Under the pieces are notes generated by a model. The model worked only from the letters and a program-made list of their open reading frames with translations, was not told where the DNA came from and did not search any database. Below, piece after piece: positions 39,349 to 49,574 of a stretch of DNA of 64,000 nucleotides (position 1 is the first letter of the stretch; every line of letters starts with the position of its first letter). A program made the position numbers and the translations under genes. The stretch covers positions 22,535 through 86,534 of the forward strand of contig NW_005434623.1 of the NCBI RefSeq assembly GCF_000315625.1, in the 5' to 3' direction. The stretch comes from Guillardia theta CCMP2712. Its lineage: Eukaryota; Protista; Cryptophyta.

Positions 39349-41014
39349 AGCCTTGAAAAGGGATTTTCTTTGCTAGTTGTCGTGCGACTGTGATTCAGTT
39401 TTGATGTGTTTTTGAATGTTTCTTCTCTTGAGGTTCCTGAGCCCTTCTGATTTTTGTTTAGAATTACAATCATTAAAAGTCTGGTATGCATTCAGTTGTG
39501 TCTTAAAGCTCTTCAGCCTTCGCATTTCACATGTTGGTTTGATATTTGTTGTAGTTTTCGCCAACACCTGTCTCGATCAGCTGTCACGCAGCACTTATGG
39601 TTGGGTTTTATTCCGAGTTCTTGCAATTCCTGTGCTCGTTTCTTCATCACATCCTCCCATAGCGCTACACTGCCCGGATTTTTTTCGACTGCCTCTCATC
39701 CGACTTGTCCAGGATCTTCCATCAGCTCGAGGCCACCCTATGCTTCGCTGCCGCATCATCGTGGGGCGTTCCGGTATGCGTCTCACTCCACCGGGGGTAA
39801 GTTAAGTTTAAACCAGGCATAAGGCCTTACTTGAAACCAGGCAGGTTGAGGGTTGGTTTTAGGCGTTCCACACTGAAGGTGAAGCGGTGAACTTGGAAGC
39901 TCTCCGAAATGCATTACGGTTGAAAAACTACCTTGACTGATGTACCCGGCAGCCCGGGCCTACATTCGAACCCAATAGAGTCACCGTGGCACTGTTGTAT
40001 ATGACAGTGTCCGTCAGCTCAGCTGGCACCTTGCAAGAGTCATGACAGTGAATGTGATGTGAGGATTGGCCGCTTACGGTTATTCACTTCGGAGTCCTAA
40101 CTCATTGCTTTACTACGGTAACTTTCCTTGGCATCATTTCCGCCGTTCCGAAGTTCCCGGCCCGGCGCCGCGGACAGGACTTCACTCACGGTACGGCCCG
40201 GGGCCGGGCCGGGCCCGGCGGCGCCGGCTGAACCGTGAGCGGCAAGCCTTCAAGCCTGAGCCTTCGCCTCAGTTTAAGTTCGTTGGCAAGCATTTTAAGT
40301 TCAGTTTTTCAAGGACCGTCGGCCTGAGGCCCGGCGCTGAGCCGGGGCCACTGCCGGGCCGGAGTGGAAGTACCAAGTTTGAGTACGGTAAAAGCCGGGA
40401 TGCAAAACCTCTACCGTTAGCTTAACTTTGAGCAAAGACTGACCAAAGATGCCGGACCGTTAGGCATCTACCGCTGCCACTACTACTTCTTGACTCAATT
40501 TTCCTTCAATGCGGCCATGAGACTTTCAGTCATCCACCGGCCGCCAGTTTACTCCGGGCGAGTCATCCGCCGGAAAAAAAAAGAGCGACCGAGTCAAATG
40601 TCCGACTTCACCCGGTCCTGTACCTGATGTGAAGCCTTGAAGGGGGTAGGGGTACATCAAGGGGTAAACTTCTCTGGGAGTCGGGGAACTCAAAGTAGGG
40701 GAATAAAGGGGTGGGTCATGCAAAGAAGGGGTCCTGCTGTGTATTGATCTGACTCTGAAAAAGGTAAGCAGAGAAAGTACGGGGGCTCATTCCTAGCCAA
40801 GCAACAGGAAATGGGGGTAGGGGTAGTATACCTCGGTAAAATTGTTGATTGAAGCCGTACTGGTGGGTGGGTTGCCGACAAGCGGAAGGAAACAGTAGTG
40901 GGGTGGGGTGGGGCGGAAGAACGTAAAAGGGAAGATCCCGACGGAAAACGATCTACGAAGCTGCGAGAAGAGGAAGAGAAACAGAAGGACTGAAAGACGC
41001 AGAGGAGGAGGAAA

Positions 41015-41135
41015 GAAGCAGAGAAGCAGAAGAAGCAGAGAAGAGAAGCAGAGAAACAGAGAAGCAGAGAAACAGAGAAGCAGAGAAACAGAGAAACAGA
41101 GAAGCAGAGAAGCAGAGAAACAGAGAAGAGAAGCA
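41015..41135. repeat. (GCAGAGAA/ACAGAGAA)n purine-rich octamer repeat
   Basis: Directly visible. Confidence 0.85.
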
Positions 41136-41272
41136 GGAGAGAGCAGAGAAGGAGCGAGGAAAGGAGCAAGGAAAGGAGGGAAGGAGAGAAGAAGTGAAAA
41201 AGATTTAGAAGCACAAGAGGGAAAGGCACTCAGAGAGCGTTTGGAAGGGAGCCTGTCGGAATTTTTGATTGT

Positions 41273-42230
41273 TCCTGCAGGATGAGCAGAAAGTCAAACA
41301 AGCACTTGGATGCGGAGGAGATCATTCGAGTGGAGGCCTCCCTCAAGAAGCTGCAATCAGAGATGGACGAGTGCAACATGATCCAGCATTTCTTCAAGCA
41401 CTCCCTTGCCACCAGCGTTCTCGGTGAGTCCCCTCCGTGCATGGCGGGCTGCATGAGAGCTGACCGAGCCTTGTTGCAGACTTGCTGGACAAGGTGGAGG
41501 AAAGGAAGATGAGGATCAGAGGGAAGATAGAGACTGTAAGTCTGACAGTGCAGCGTTGCAATCTCTTATGGTCCTGCCTGCAGCTCAAGATCACCAAGGA
41601 CTTGTACACTTACAAGAACGTCTCCCTCAAGCACCATCGAGCGATCAGCTTGCCATCTGGAGTGAGGCTCACGTGACCTAGTCTGGTTCACGGGGGACAG
41701 CCTTATGCTGTCATGTATTCTAGCTCACATGTACAATGAAACACCTGTTCGTCTCTTGCTCTCCTCCTCTCACTTCACTCGCTCAGATCCTTCTGTACGC
41801 TTGCGACACCACTCTCGACCCTCGTCTCCCTCCGAACTCGATGGTCGGGTATGAAAGCCCCCCAGCTCGCTTGAACCTCTTCGTCTCCTCCAGCAGATGT
41901 TCCAGCTCCTCCCCAGCAAAGTTGCAGCTTGTCAACACGAGGAGACCTCCTGATGAAGGCATGAGGGGAAAGAGCAGAGCATGAGAGGAAGGGAGGGAGG
42001 GAGGGAGGGAGGGAGGGAGGGAGGGAGGGAGGGAGGTATGACGAGGAGGGTACGGGAGCCGCCCAAGGGCTTCATGGCGTAGAGGAGCGAAGGCGAGGTA
42101 CAAGGAGAATCTTTGACTGTGAGCCTGGCACATGTCAGGAGGTAAGCGCTGACATGCTCCTTGCTGCTCAAGCTGATGGCGTCCAAGGTCCCCTGCGATG
42201 GGTGAGGAAGGTGAGGAAGAGAGATGGGGG
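41273..42230. pseudogene. Duplicated block, copy B: 3' ends only of gene X (+, 41281-41676) and of the methyltransferase (-, 41783-42192)
   Basis: Near-identical to 49065-49997. Both genes lack their 5' exons. Confidence 0.85.
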
Positions 42231-44912
42231 TCATCATTATGATCATTATCATCATCATCGTCCTCATTATCGTCATCCTTATCTTCTTGCTTATCATCTC
42301 CCTGTCCGTGTGTTCTGTGCTGCTTTTCTTTGTCATGATGATTGTTTGGTTGATTAGTTATATGCTCTTCCATTTTAACAAAGCTAAACAGAAATAAATG
42401 CCCGTAGCCTCGGTTACTATCTTACAGGGTTTTTCTTTTCTGGATTGGATGAATGAACATTTCGAATCTCATCTTCATCTGTAAAGCTATAGATACGGTT
42501 GATCTCGTTTTTCAATGTCTCTTTGAAATTCTCTTCATTTCTCGATACTATCACCTTCTCTTCTTTAATTATATCTTTAGGTTTGCTTTTACGCGAAGTT
42601 TGAGGCATAAACTCCTGTCTTTTAACGAGTTCTATGTGATGAGTGACCGTGGGTTTTGTCTGAGTGTGCTTGAGACCAGATCGAGCTTCTCTTTTCAATG
42701 CGAATTTTTCTCAAAACTTCGAACGAGACGAAAAAGAAAAAGCGGAACAAAAAGTGTGCTTCCTCGAACACCCCGATAATATGCAGGCCGGCTTCGTGAT
42801 GTGGGAGAAATGATTGATTGAAGGGAAAGCATTGAATGATCTGTGTTTCCTGCTCTTTCCCGGCTGCTTTACGCTAACAAAAGCTTCATTTTCATTGAAA
42901 GAAGCTCCATGCCCGGCCGGCTGGCCGCCCGGGAGTATGACAAGATCCTGGCGGCTGAGATCGGTATCGGGGGCCCGGGGCCGGCGGACTTTTCAGTGGT
43001 GCCGCACGCGTGTCAGAACGGGGGCATTATTATTGGTTCAAGTTGTAGAGGTAACCCCCTACGTCACTAGCCGTTAAGGACCCTTATATCTAGTGGTCTA
43101 ATTCTCCGGCAATGCACGAGCAGGGGTGGGTCCGTATCTGTACTGCTACCAGTTGCTCGAAGGGTTAACTTAGGGGTAATGACCGTAGGTGCACTATGGC
43201 AGTAAAATAAAAAAAGGGGGGGAGGGAGGAGGGGTACAGGCTGGGGAAGAGTTGGGGAACTTGACCTGACGCTAGCAATAGCTGGGTTACTACCGGGTAC
43301 AGCATGGGGGTTTACAGCAGATGGGGGTCCCTGTACGTGGTAGGGACAGGGGTAGGGGTAGCAGTTGTGGGGAGCAAGAGTTGGGGAACCTGACGCTTGC
43401 AATGGCGACAGCCGACCTGGTCACGGTGGACGTGCAGATCGCAGATGTGCGGGAAGATATGCAGGAAGATGCGCAAGAAGACGACATAAAGAGTCTTCCA
43501 CTTGAGTTGCTTCCTCCGAGGCTAGCGCAGGCTCTGCGGCGCTTTGACAAGAACCAGGATGGAACGCTAGATCGCAAGGAGATTGAGGAGATCTCCAACG
43601 TGCTGCAGTGTCTGGATGCAGGGAAGATACCTTTCTCAGCCTTGCCGGTTCGAATCCAGGAGATCATAGCGAAAACCCAAAGTGTCATGCATGAGACAGA
43701 TGGCGAGGGCATGGTGGACGTGCAGCAAGTTGCCACTGCCCTCGAGCTCCACAGCCGGTTTTTGCAAATGCAGATGAATGGGCAGATTCCCTTCGATGCA
43801 TTTCCCTCCAGTGCTCAGCAGCAGCTGAAGATGCTCGACACCAACGGAGATGGTGCTCTTGACACAGATGAGATACTGGCTGGGCTTGCGACATTGAAAA
43901 GAGAACAGTACAAGTCGAAGATGTATCGAAACTTTCTCATCGCACTTGGAGCGCTTTCCTTGATCATGTTAGCCTCAGTGTTTGGCTTGACGTATTCAGT
44001 CATTCAGATTACAAAGGAAAGCGAAGTAAAAGCTGGAGGAGTTCTTACAGTGAGGGGAACAAGCGAGCCTGTCCGTGTTGCTTCGACAGAGTTTGACGTC
44101 AGGAATGGGACTCTGACATCTCGCACGATGCTCAACATGTCTTGCTCCAACGGCACCTGCCCTGCAAGCCCGATTATGACTGCTCAATCTACCAGTCTTG
44201 CTAAGTTGACTTCTCTTTTGGATGATGAGCAATTGGCAGAACTGAAATCAATGAAAATTGTTCAGGGACAGTCTTTTCTGCACCTTCAAATCTTCGCTCT
44301 TGCGAGGTACGAAGAGGTCTGGAGCAGGTATGGAAGTGTTGTTGTCATCTATACGCATCTTGGAGAAATCACTCTAGATGGTGAAGCCATCTTCTTCCAC
44401 GAAAAACTCGAGGGAGCGTTCTCCCGGGCCGGCTTCAAGATCGATGCACGCGGCAGGCGCTTGCTCGGCGTGGTTGAAATCCTTGGAATGTTCAATCTGA
44501 TCAAGAAAGCGATCAGTCCGAGAGACAAGACGGAGCATGACCTGCCAAACGAGCTACCAGCATCTCCTCCCATGCAGTACATGGCGCATGTCGTTGAGGT
44601 GGAATTTTGTGAAGACGAAACAGGGATGTCAACGTATTCTTGCGAGACAGGTGCGGGCAAGACCGTGAACTGGGTAACGAAAGAAGATTTCAACAGGAAT
44701 GGACTACGATTAGAAGAAGAGCAGTACAGTTTGCTGTATAATGGAAGGCACTGGGCCAAGACGATTCAATCGAAGGCACAGTGGCCTGAACAACAGCTTG
44801 TAAAGATTCAGAATGAAACACACAGATTGAAATACCAAACATTCAGAGGCAAGCCATACTTTTGCGAGCTCAGCGAAGATCAATCCCTCAAGAAAGTTGT
44901 CAGCAATAGAAG

Positions 44913-45139
44913 AGTTAGGGGTTACGTAAGCGGTTACGAATACTTCAGTCAACTAGCTGTCTTATCCGGTCGGTTTGGTTGGTTTGGTAGGTTTTGGTCG
45001 AATAAAATGGATCCGAACTTTCTATACGTTCAGTGAGCGCGGTTGTGTTGAGGTTCCTGTTTGCTTGTCAACGCAAGTTATCAAGTTGGTTCAAGTTCAC
45101 AGAGTCAAAGCACATCATCAGGATTGTCAAACCCTAACA
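44913..45139 (+). repeat. 5' LTR
   Basis: Differs from the 3' LTR at two positions I could see: the first base (A vs T) and GTCAAACCCT vs GTCAATCCCT. Confidence 0.93.
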
Positions 45140-45237
45140 TTGGTAGCGTAAGGTTTGGTTTTTGTTTGAAGTAATTGCGGATTGCGACAATTTGATTTGA
45201 CTTGATCGAAAAGGAGCTTGAAAGGTAACCTCTGGAC

Positions 45238-46626
45238 ATGCAATCGGATGTAGAAAGGATAAGAAGGTCTCCTGGAGATGGTCCTCTTGGAAGTTCAGGC
45301 TTGGCAGTCATGCTTGACAACTTCAGAAGGAGTTTCGATGAGGAAACGTCTGAAGACAAGACGATGAGGGAAGTTACGACGGTACCTTCTACCTCAGAAG
45401 AGGATCCGAACGGAAATCAGCGAGACGTCGCGGGATTTTCGAGGATTAATATACCTTCTTATGATGGATCGGTCACGCAACAAGTGCGCGACAGGGAGGG
45501 CGCAGTAGACTTGGAAATTTCCAGGATTGCGTCTCCGGCATGTTCGACCCGGCCGAGGTTCGAATCAGTGCAGTTTGAAGAATTGGTCGCTGCAAACAAG
45601 AAGTTGCGAGAAGAATTGCAACTCGCAATGGACATGCAAGTAAAGTATGAAGCTTTCGTCAAGGAAGTGATGTTTCGTAAGGAAAGAGAGCTCGTCGAGA
45701 CAAAACAGGAAATCTCTGTCCTTAGGGAAGAAAATAAAAAAATGTTCGAGGAAATGATGCAACGATTCAGATTAAATGAATCAGGAGCAGTTCAATACCT
45801 TCCGATCAAGGAACCAAGAGGGGCTGATGCAACATGCAAGCAAAATGATACGAGCATGTCGAACGACATGTCAAATCAACATGTCAAGCAGCAGTCTTCC
45901 CTTGTGAAGTTTCATTCCAAGGATATTTCTCGATTTAATGGAGAAATGACTCTAGAATATTCCGTGGCAAGTTGGTTTGGGGAGCTTGAGTTTCAATTCC
46001 AGCGTCAAAGAATCCCTCCAGATCAAAAGGTTGACATTGCTGCAACATTAGTTGGTAATCGTGTGAGGAATTGGTTGCAAACATTGCGTGGCGAGGATAG
46101 ATTAATTTCCACACAAGGTACTTGGGAATCATTCAAATCGTTGCTGGTGAAGGAGTATTTGTCGTTGTCGCACTTGCAGTATATTTTGGGTGAGATTCAA
46201 TGTACGATACAAGGGTCAGAGGAAAAGACTTCGGATTTTGTCAACAGGTTTTCAGCTTTAGCAAATCATTTTATTGCTTGTTGCATGGTATTATTTCATG
46301 AACAAGGACAAGTCGAGACAGCTTGCACGAGGTTTGGTCTTGAACGGTATTTCGCACAGAATTTGTTCAATGAGGTGACCGCGAGTTTCGTCATGAGGTT
46401 GTTGATTGACTTGGAAAAGCAAAATGTGAACAAGACTTTGAGTATTGGGAGTTTGTTACCAGCATTGTATCGAGAAGCTAAGTCCATGGATTTGACAACC
46501 GGTGCGTATAGGAATGACAGATCAACGCATCATGAGGTTTCGTACGATGATGAGTCAGCGGTGGATACCGACGAAGATTCTCAGCATTCATCTTCGACTC
46601 AGGATGAGCAGGACTTACGTGAATAA
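45238..46626 (+). CDS. Retrotransposon Gag-like protein, 462 aa
   Basis: Coiled coil followed by a Ty3/gypsy capsid-like region (FNG..VASWFGELEFQF..QKVDIAATLV..RNWL..TWESFKSLLVKEY..IQGSEEKTSDFVNRF). No CCHC knuckle; acidic tail. Confidence 0.85.
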   Translation: MQSDVERIRRSPGDGPLGSSGLAVMLDNFRRSFDEETSEDKTMREVTTVPSTSEEDPNGNQRDVAGFSRINIPSYDGSVTQQVRDREGAVDLEISRIASPACSTRPRFESVQFEELVAANKKLREELQLAMDMQVKYEAFVKEVMFRKERELVETKQEISVLREENKKMFEEMMQRFRLNESGAVQYLPIKEPRGADATCKQNDTSMSNDMSNQHVKQQSSLVKFHSKDISRFNGEMTLEYSVASWFGELEFQFQRQRIPPDQKVDIAATLVGNRVRNWLQTLRGEDRLISTQGTWESFKSLLVKEYLSLSHLQYILGEIQCTIQGSEEKTSDFVNRFSALANHFIACCMVLFHEQGQVETACTRFGLERYFAQNLFNEVTASFVMRLLIDLEKQNVNKTLSIGSLLPALYREAKSMDLTTGAYRNDRSTHHEVSYDDESAVDTDEDSQHSSSTQDEQDLRE

Positions 46627-46760
46627 CATTGGCCTAATGCACTTCGCGCTACTCAATTGAAATGACTTGAGTTGGCTGCCGTTTTCTTGTTATGCAGTAT
46701 CTTAATGATCAGCGAAGTTCATAGAGATGTTTCTCAGATGATAATGCGCTTGGGAGCGTA

Positions 46761-46987
46761 TGTTAGGGGTTACGTAAGCGGTTACGAATACTTCAGTCAA
46801 CTAGCTGTCTTATCCGGTCGGTTTGGTTGGTTTGGTAGGTTTTGGTCGAATAAAATGGATCCGAACTTTCTATACGTTCAGTGAGCGCGGTTGTGTTGAG
46901 GTTCCTGTTTGCTTGTCAACGCAAGTTATCAAGTTGGTTCAAGTTCACAGAGTCAAAGCACATCATCAGGATTGTCAATCCCTAACA
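46761..46987 (+). repeat. 3' LTR
   Basis: TG...CA ends with a perfect 8-bp terminal inverted repeat. Confidence 0.93.
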
Positions 46988-48554
46988 CCCTCGTAGATCC
47001 TTCTACAGCATCTGACTTCAAGGTTGTTTTCCATGGGTTCCAATCAGTGAATGAAGTTTATTGCAAACATTTCGAAATCCAAGCGAATCAAGATGGTAAG
47101 ACCGAAACCTTCCAGGTCTACGAAGACTACTACAAGAAGAGACTGTATCAGTTCGTGCGCGGAAACCTTCGGTGGAGATTCGAAGACTTGAAACCGATCG
47201 AAACGGAAGACTACAACCCAATTCCCTTTGACGAGCTAGACATGGAAGTGGCTCTGAAAGCATGCGTCTCGAATGATCTCACTCCGCCTGTCAAGCTCGT
47301 GGAGGGATCAGTCTCTGACATCATGCTTCCAGATCCTAGTTGGGGACAAGCCATTGACAAGAACTCGACGATGACCTCCAACGAAACCTCGTCCTTTTTG
47401 ATCGATTCAAACTCGTCCCGAAGACTCTTGTACGACAAAGGTCATGGAGACGACGAGAGAGAAGACGCTTGGGAGATCTTGACTCACGAGCAACTTCGTT
47501 CAAAGGTTGCTGAAGGAGACTTACTTTCACAGAGTCACAACGCTTCTCTGAGATCGGTGTGCGCCTCGCTAGGAATCTCAGGGCAGATCATTGGCCCGTA
47601 CAAAAGCATCAGCGACGCCAAGAAGTCCCCGCGCAAGAGAGTTGTACCTGGATCCATAGGCCTCGAGTTGGTCTTGGAGGCATGTCTGGACAACATCGCC
47701 CTGTACATGAAGGCGGAGATCGGATTCGGTTGCCCCTCCTTTGCCGGGGACATTGACCTAGAAATCCGCGGGCTCAACTCGCGGCGGCCATACATGATTG
47801 CTTCTGGAAGCATCTTGGTCAGCGTCAACATCTGTAGATGCCCTCCCATGAGATTGCCGAGCGCCCTCGCAAACTTCTGTGCAGTTCTGAGCGCAGGCAT
47901 GTCTGTGAGAAGCGCTGTTAGTAAGCAGGAGTACTTCACGTGCTCGGTCGGAGGATTCAGCTCGAACCCTCTCATCACTGGTTGGTCTTCTCTGCGCGTG
48001 GGGCCGTACTTTGCTTCGGCAGAGCTGATCCTCTCAGGATCAGCTTACCTCGGATTCAGATGTGGCTCGAGGCAGAGGTCAGGACAAAACATGAAGATCG
48101 GTCATCGCTATGAAGTTGAAGCCAACGTGAACTTCTTGTGGACCTCCAAGACCTGGAATTTTCCTGTCTATCCCACAGAGCAAAACTACTGCTCGCGACA
48201 GAAGAATCCGGTCTCAGGCAAGCATGAGTACATCTTCAAGGAGTATGGAAAATTCGCATACGCAATGTTTGACTCAGACTATACCTGCCGTTAAGCTTTT
48301 TGTCATGAATTCAAGCTTGCTGTTAGTGAATTGTTGAGTTGATAAAACAATCAATAAGAAAGATACTATGTACTGTGTTTGTATTCAAAACATAGTTGAC
48401 TTTCTCTTTGAGTTCCCTGACTTGTGTTTCATGAAAATCTTCAAATCTTCTCTGGCTGATCTCCTACATTCAAATAATGCATTGACAGATCCTCCTCATC
48501 GCACCTACAACTCCCTCAAATATCCTCATAAAACTCAGACCATAACCACACGTC

Positions 48555-49468
48555 CAGTTGCATAGCATCACAACGGTTGTCGCGGCCAACAGGAGCCCAG
48601 CCAATCATTTGCCACATACAACGCACGGACAGAGGTACTCAAGGAGCTCCTTCAGCTCCTGCCTGGTGGATTAGAATTCCTCCATGACCGCGTCATACGA
48701 CGGGTCGCATATCAGTCAGTCGCTCCTTAATGCATCCTATGAGACTCAACGTGACGAGCCCAGTCTTGCAGCTCTGCTGAGCATCGACACTTCCATGCGT
48801 TCACCACAGCCTGTCTCTCAAGATAGGCCGGAAGCACAAGCCTGGACATGCGCAGAGTGCGCAGGAGAGAAGATTCCACCGGGACGGCAGCAACCGGCAA
48901 AGAAGGCGACCCGTCCAAGGACCGGCAACAAGTCAGGTCTGCTCTAGCCGAGAGCGCACAGAAGCTCGCTGCTTTCACTGCGAGCAGCGAGGCCATCAAG
49001 CATCAGATTACCGTCGCGCTGCACGCGGGGAAAAAAGGAAAGGAGGAGGGAAGGCGGGAAGAGGTCCTGCAGGATGAGCAGAAAGTCAAACAAGCACTTG
49101 GATGCGGAGGAGATCATTCGAGTGGAGGCCTCCCTCAAGAAGCTGCAATCAGAGATGGACGAGTGCAACATGATCCAGCATTTCTTCAAGCACTCCCTTG
49201 CCACCAGCGTTCTCGGTGAGTCCCCTCCGTGCATGGCGGGCTGCATGAGAGCTGACCGAGCCTTGTTGCAGACTTGCTGGACAAGGTGGAGGAAAGGAAG
49301 ATGAGGATCAGAGGGAAGATAGAGACTGTAAGTCTGACAGTGCAGCGTTGCAATCTCTTATGGTCCTGCCTGCAGCTCAAGATCACGAAGGACTTGTACA
49401 CTTACAAGAACGTCTCCCTCAAGCACCATCGAGCGATCAGCTTGCCATCTGGAGTGAGGCTCACGTGA
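48555..49468 (+). pseudogene. Gene X, copy C (3' exons only; homology starts at a CAG splice acceptor)
   Basis: Reverse complement of 32353-33271. The upstream exons seen at 33340-34060 are absent. An internal ATG at 48684 could still be used. Confidence 0.55.
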
Positions 49469-49574
49469 CCTAGTCTGGTTCACGGGGGACAGCCTTATGC
49501 TGTCATGTATTCTAGCTCACATGTACAATGAAACACCTGTTCGTCTCTTGCTCTCCTCCTCTCACTTCACTCGC

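Larger units (their letters stand above)
44913..46987 (+). mobile_element. Non-autonomous gag-only LTR retrotransposon (TR-GAG-like), 2075 bp
   Basis: 227-bp direct repeats at 44913-45139 and 46761-46987 with TGTTAGGG...CCCTAACA termini. A PBS-like TGGTAGCG follows the 5' LTR. There is a single gag-like ORF and no pol. Confidence 0.9.
43402..48294 (+). pseudogene. EF-hand + single-TM + large luminal/extracellular domain gene, interrupted by an LTR element (halves 43402-44912 and 46988-48294)
   Basis: EF-hand loops DKNQDGTLDRKE, ETDGEGMVDVQQ and DTNGDGALDTDE, and a TM helix FLIALGALSLIMLASVFGLTYSVI. Two long intron-free same-strand ORFs abut the LTR ends. The probable start is ATG 43402, although the ORF opens at 43321. 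Confidence 0.75.

Noticed and set aside
46672-46884. 70-aa ORF sharing its C-terminus with the EF-hand ORF
   Set aside because: The shared tail is simply LTR sequence read in the same frame.
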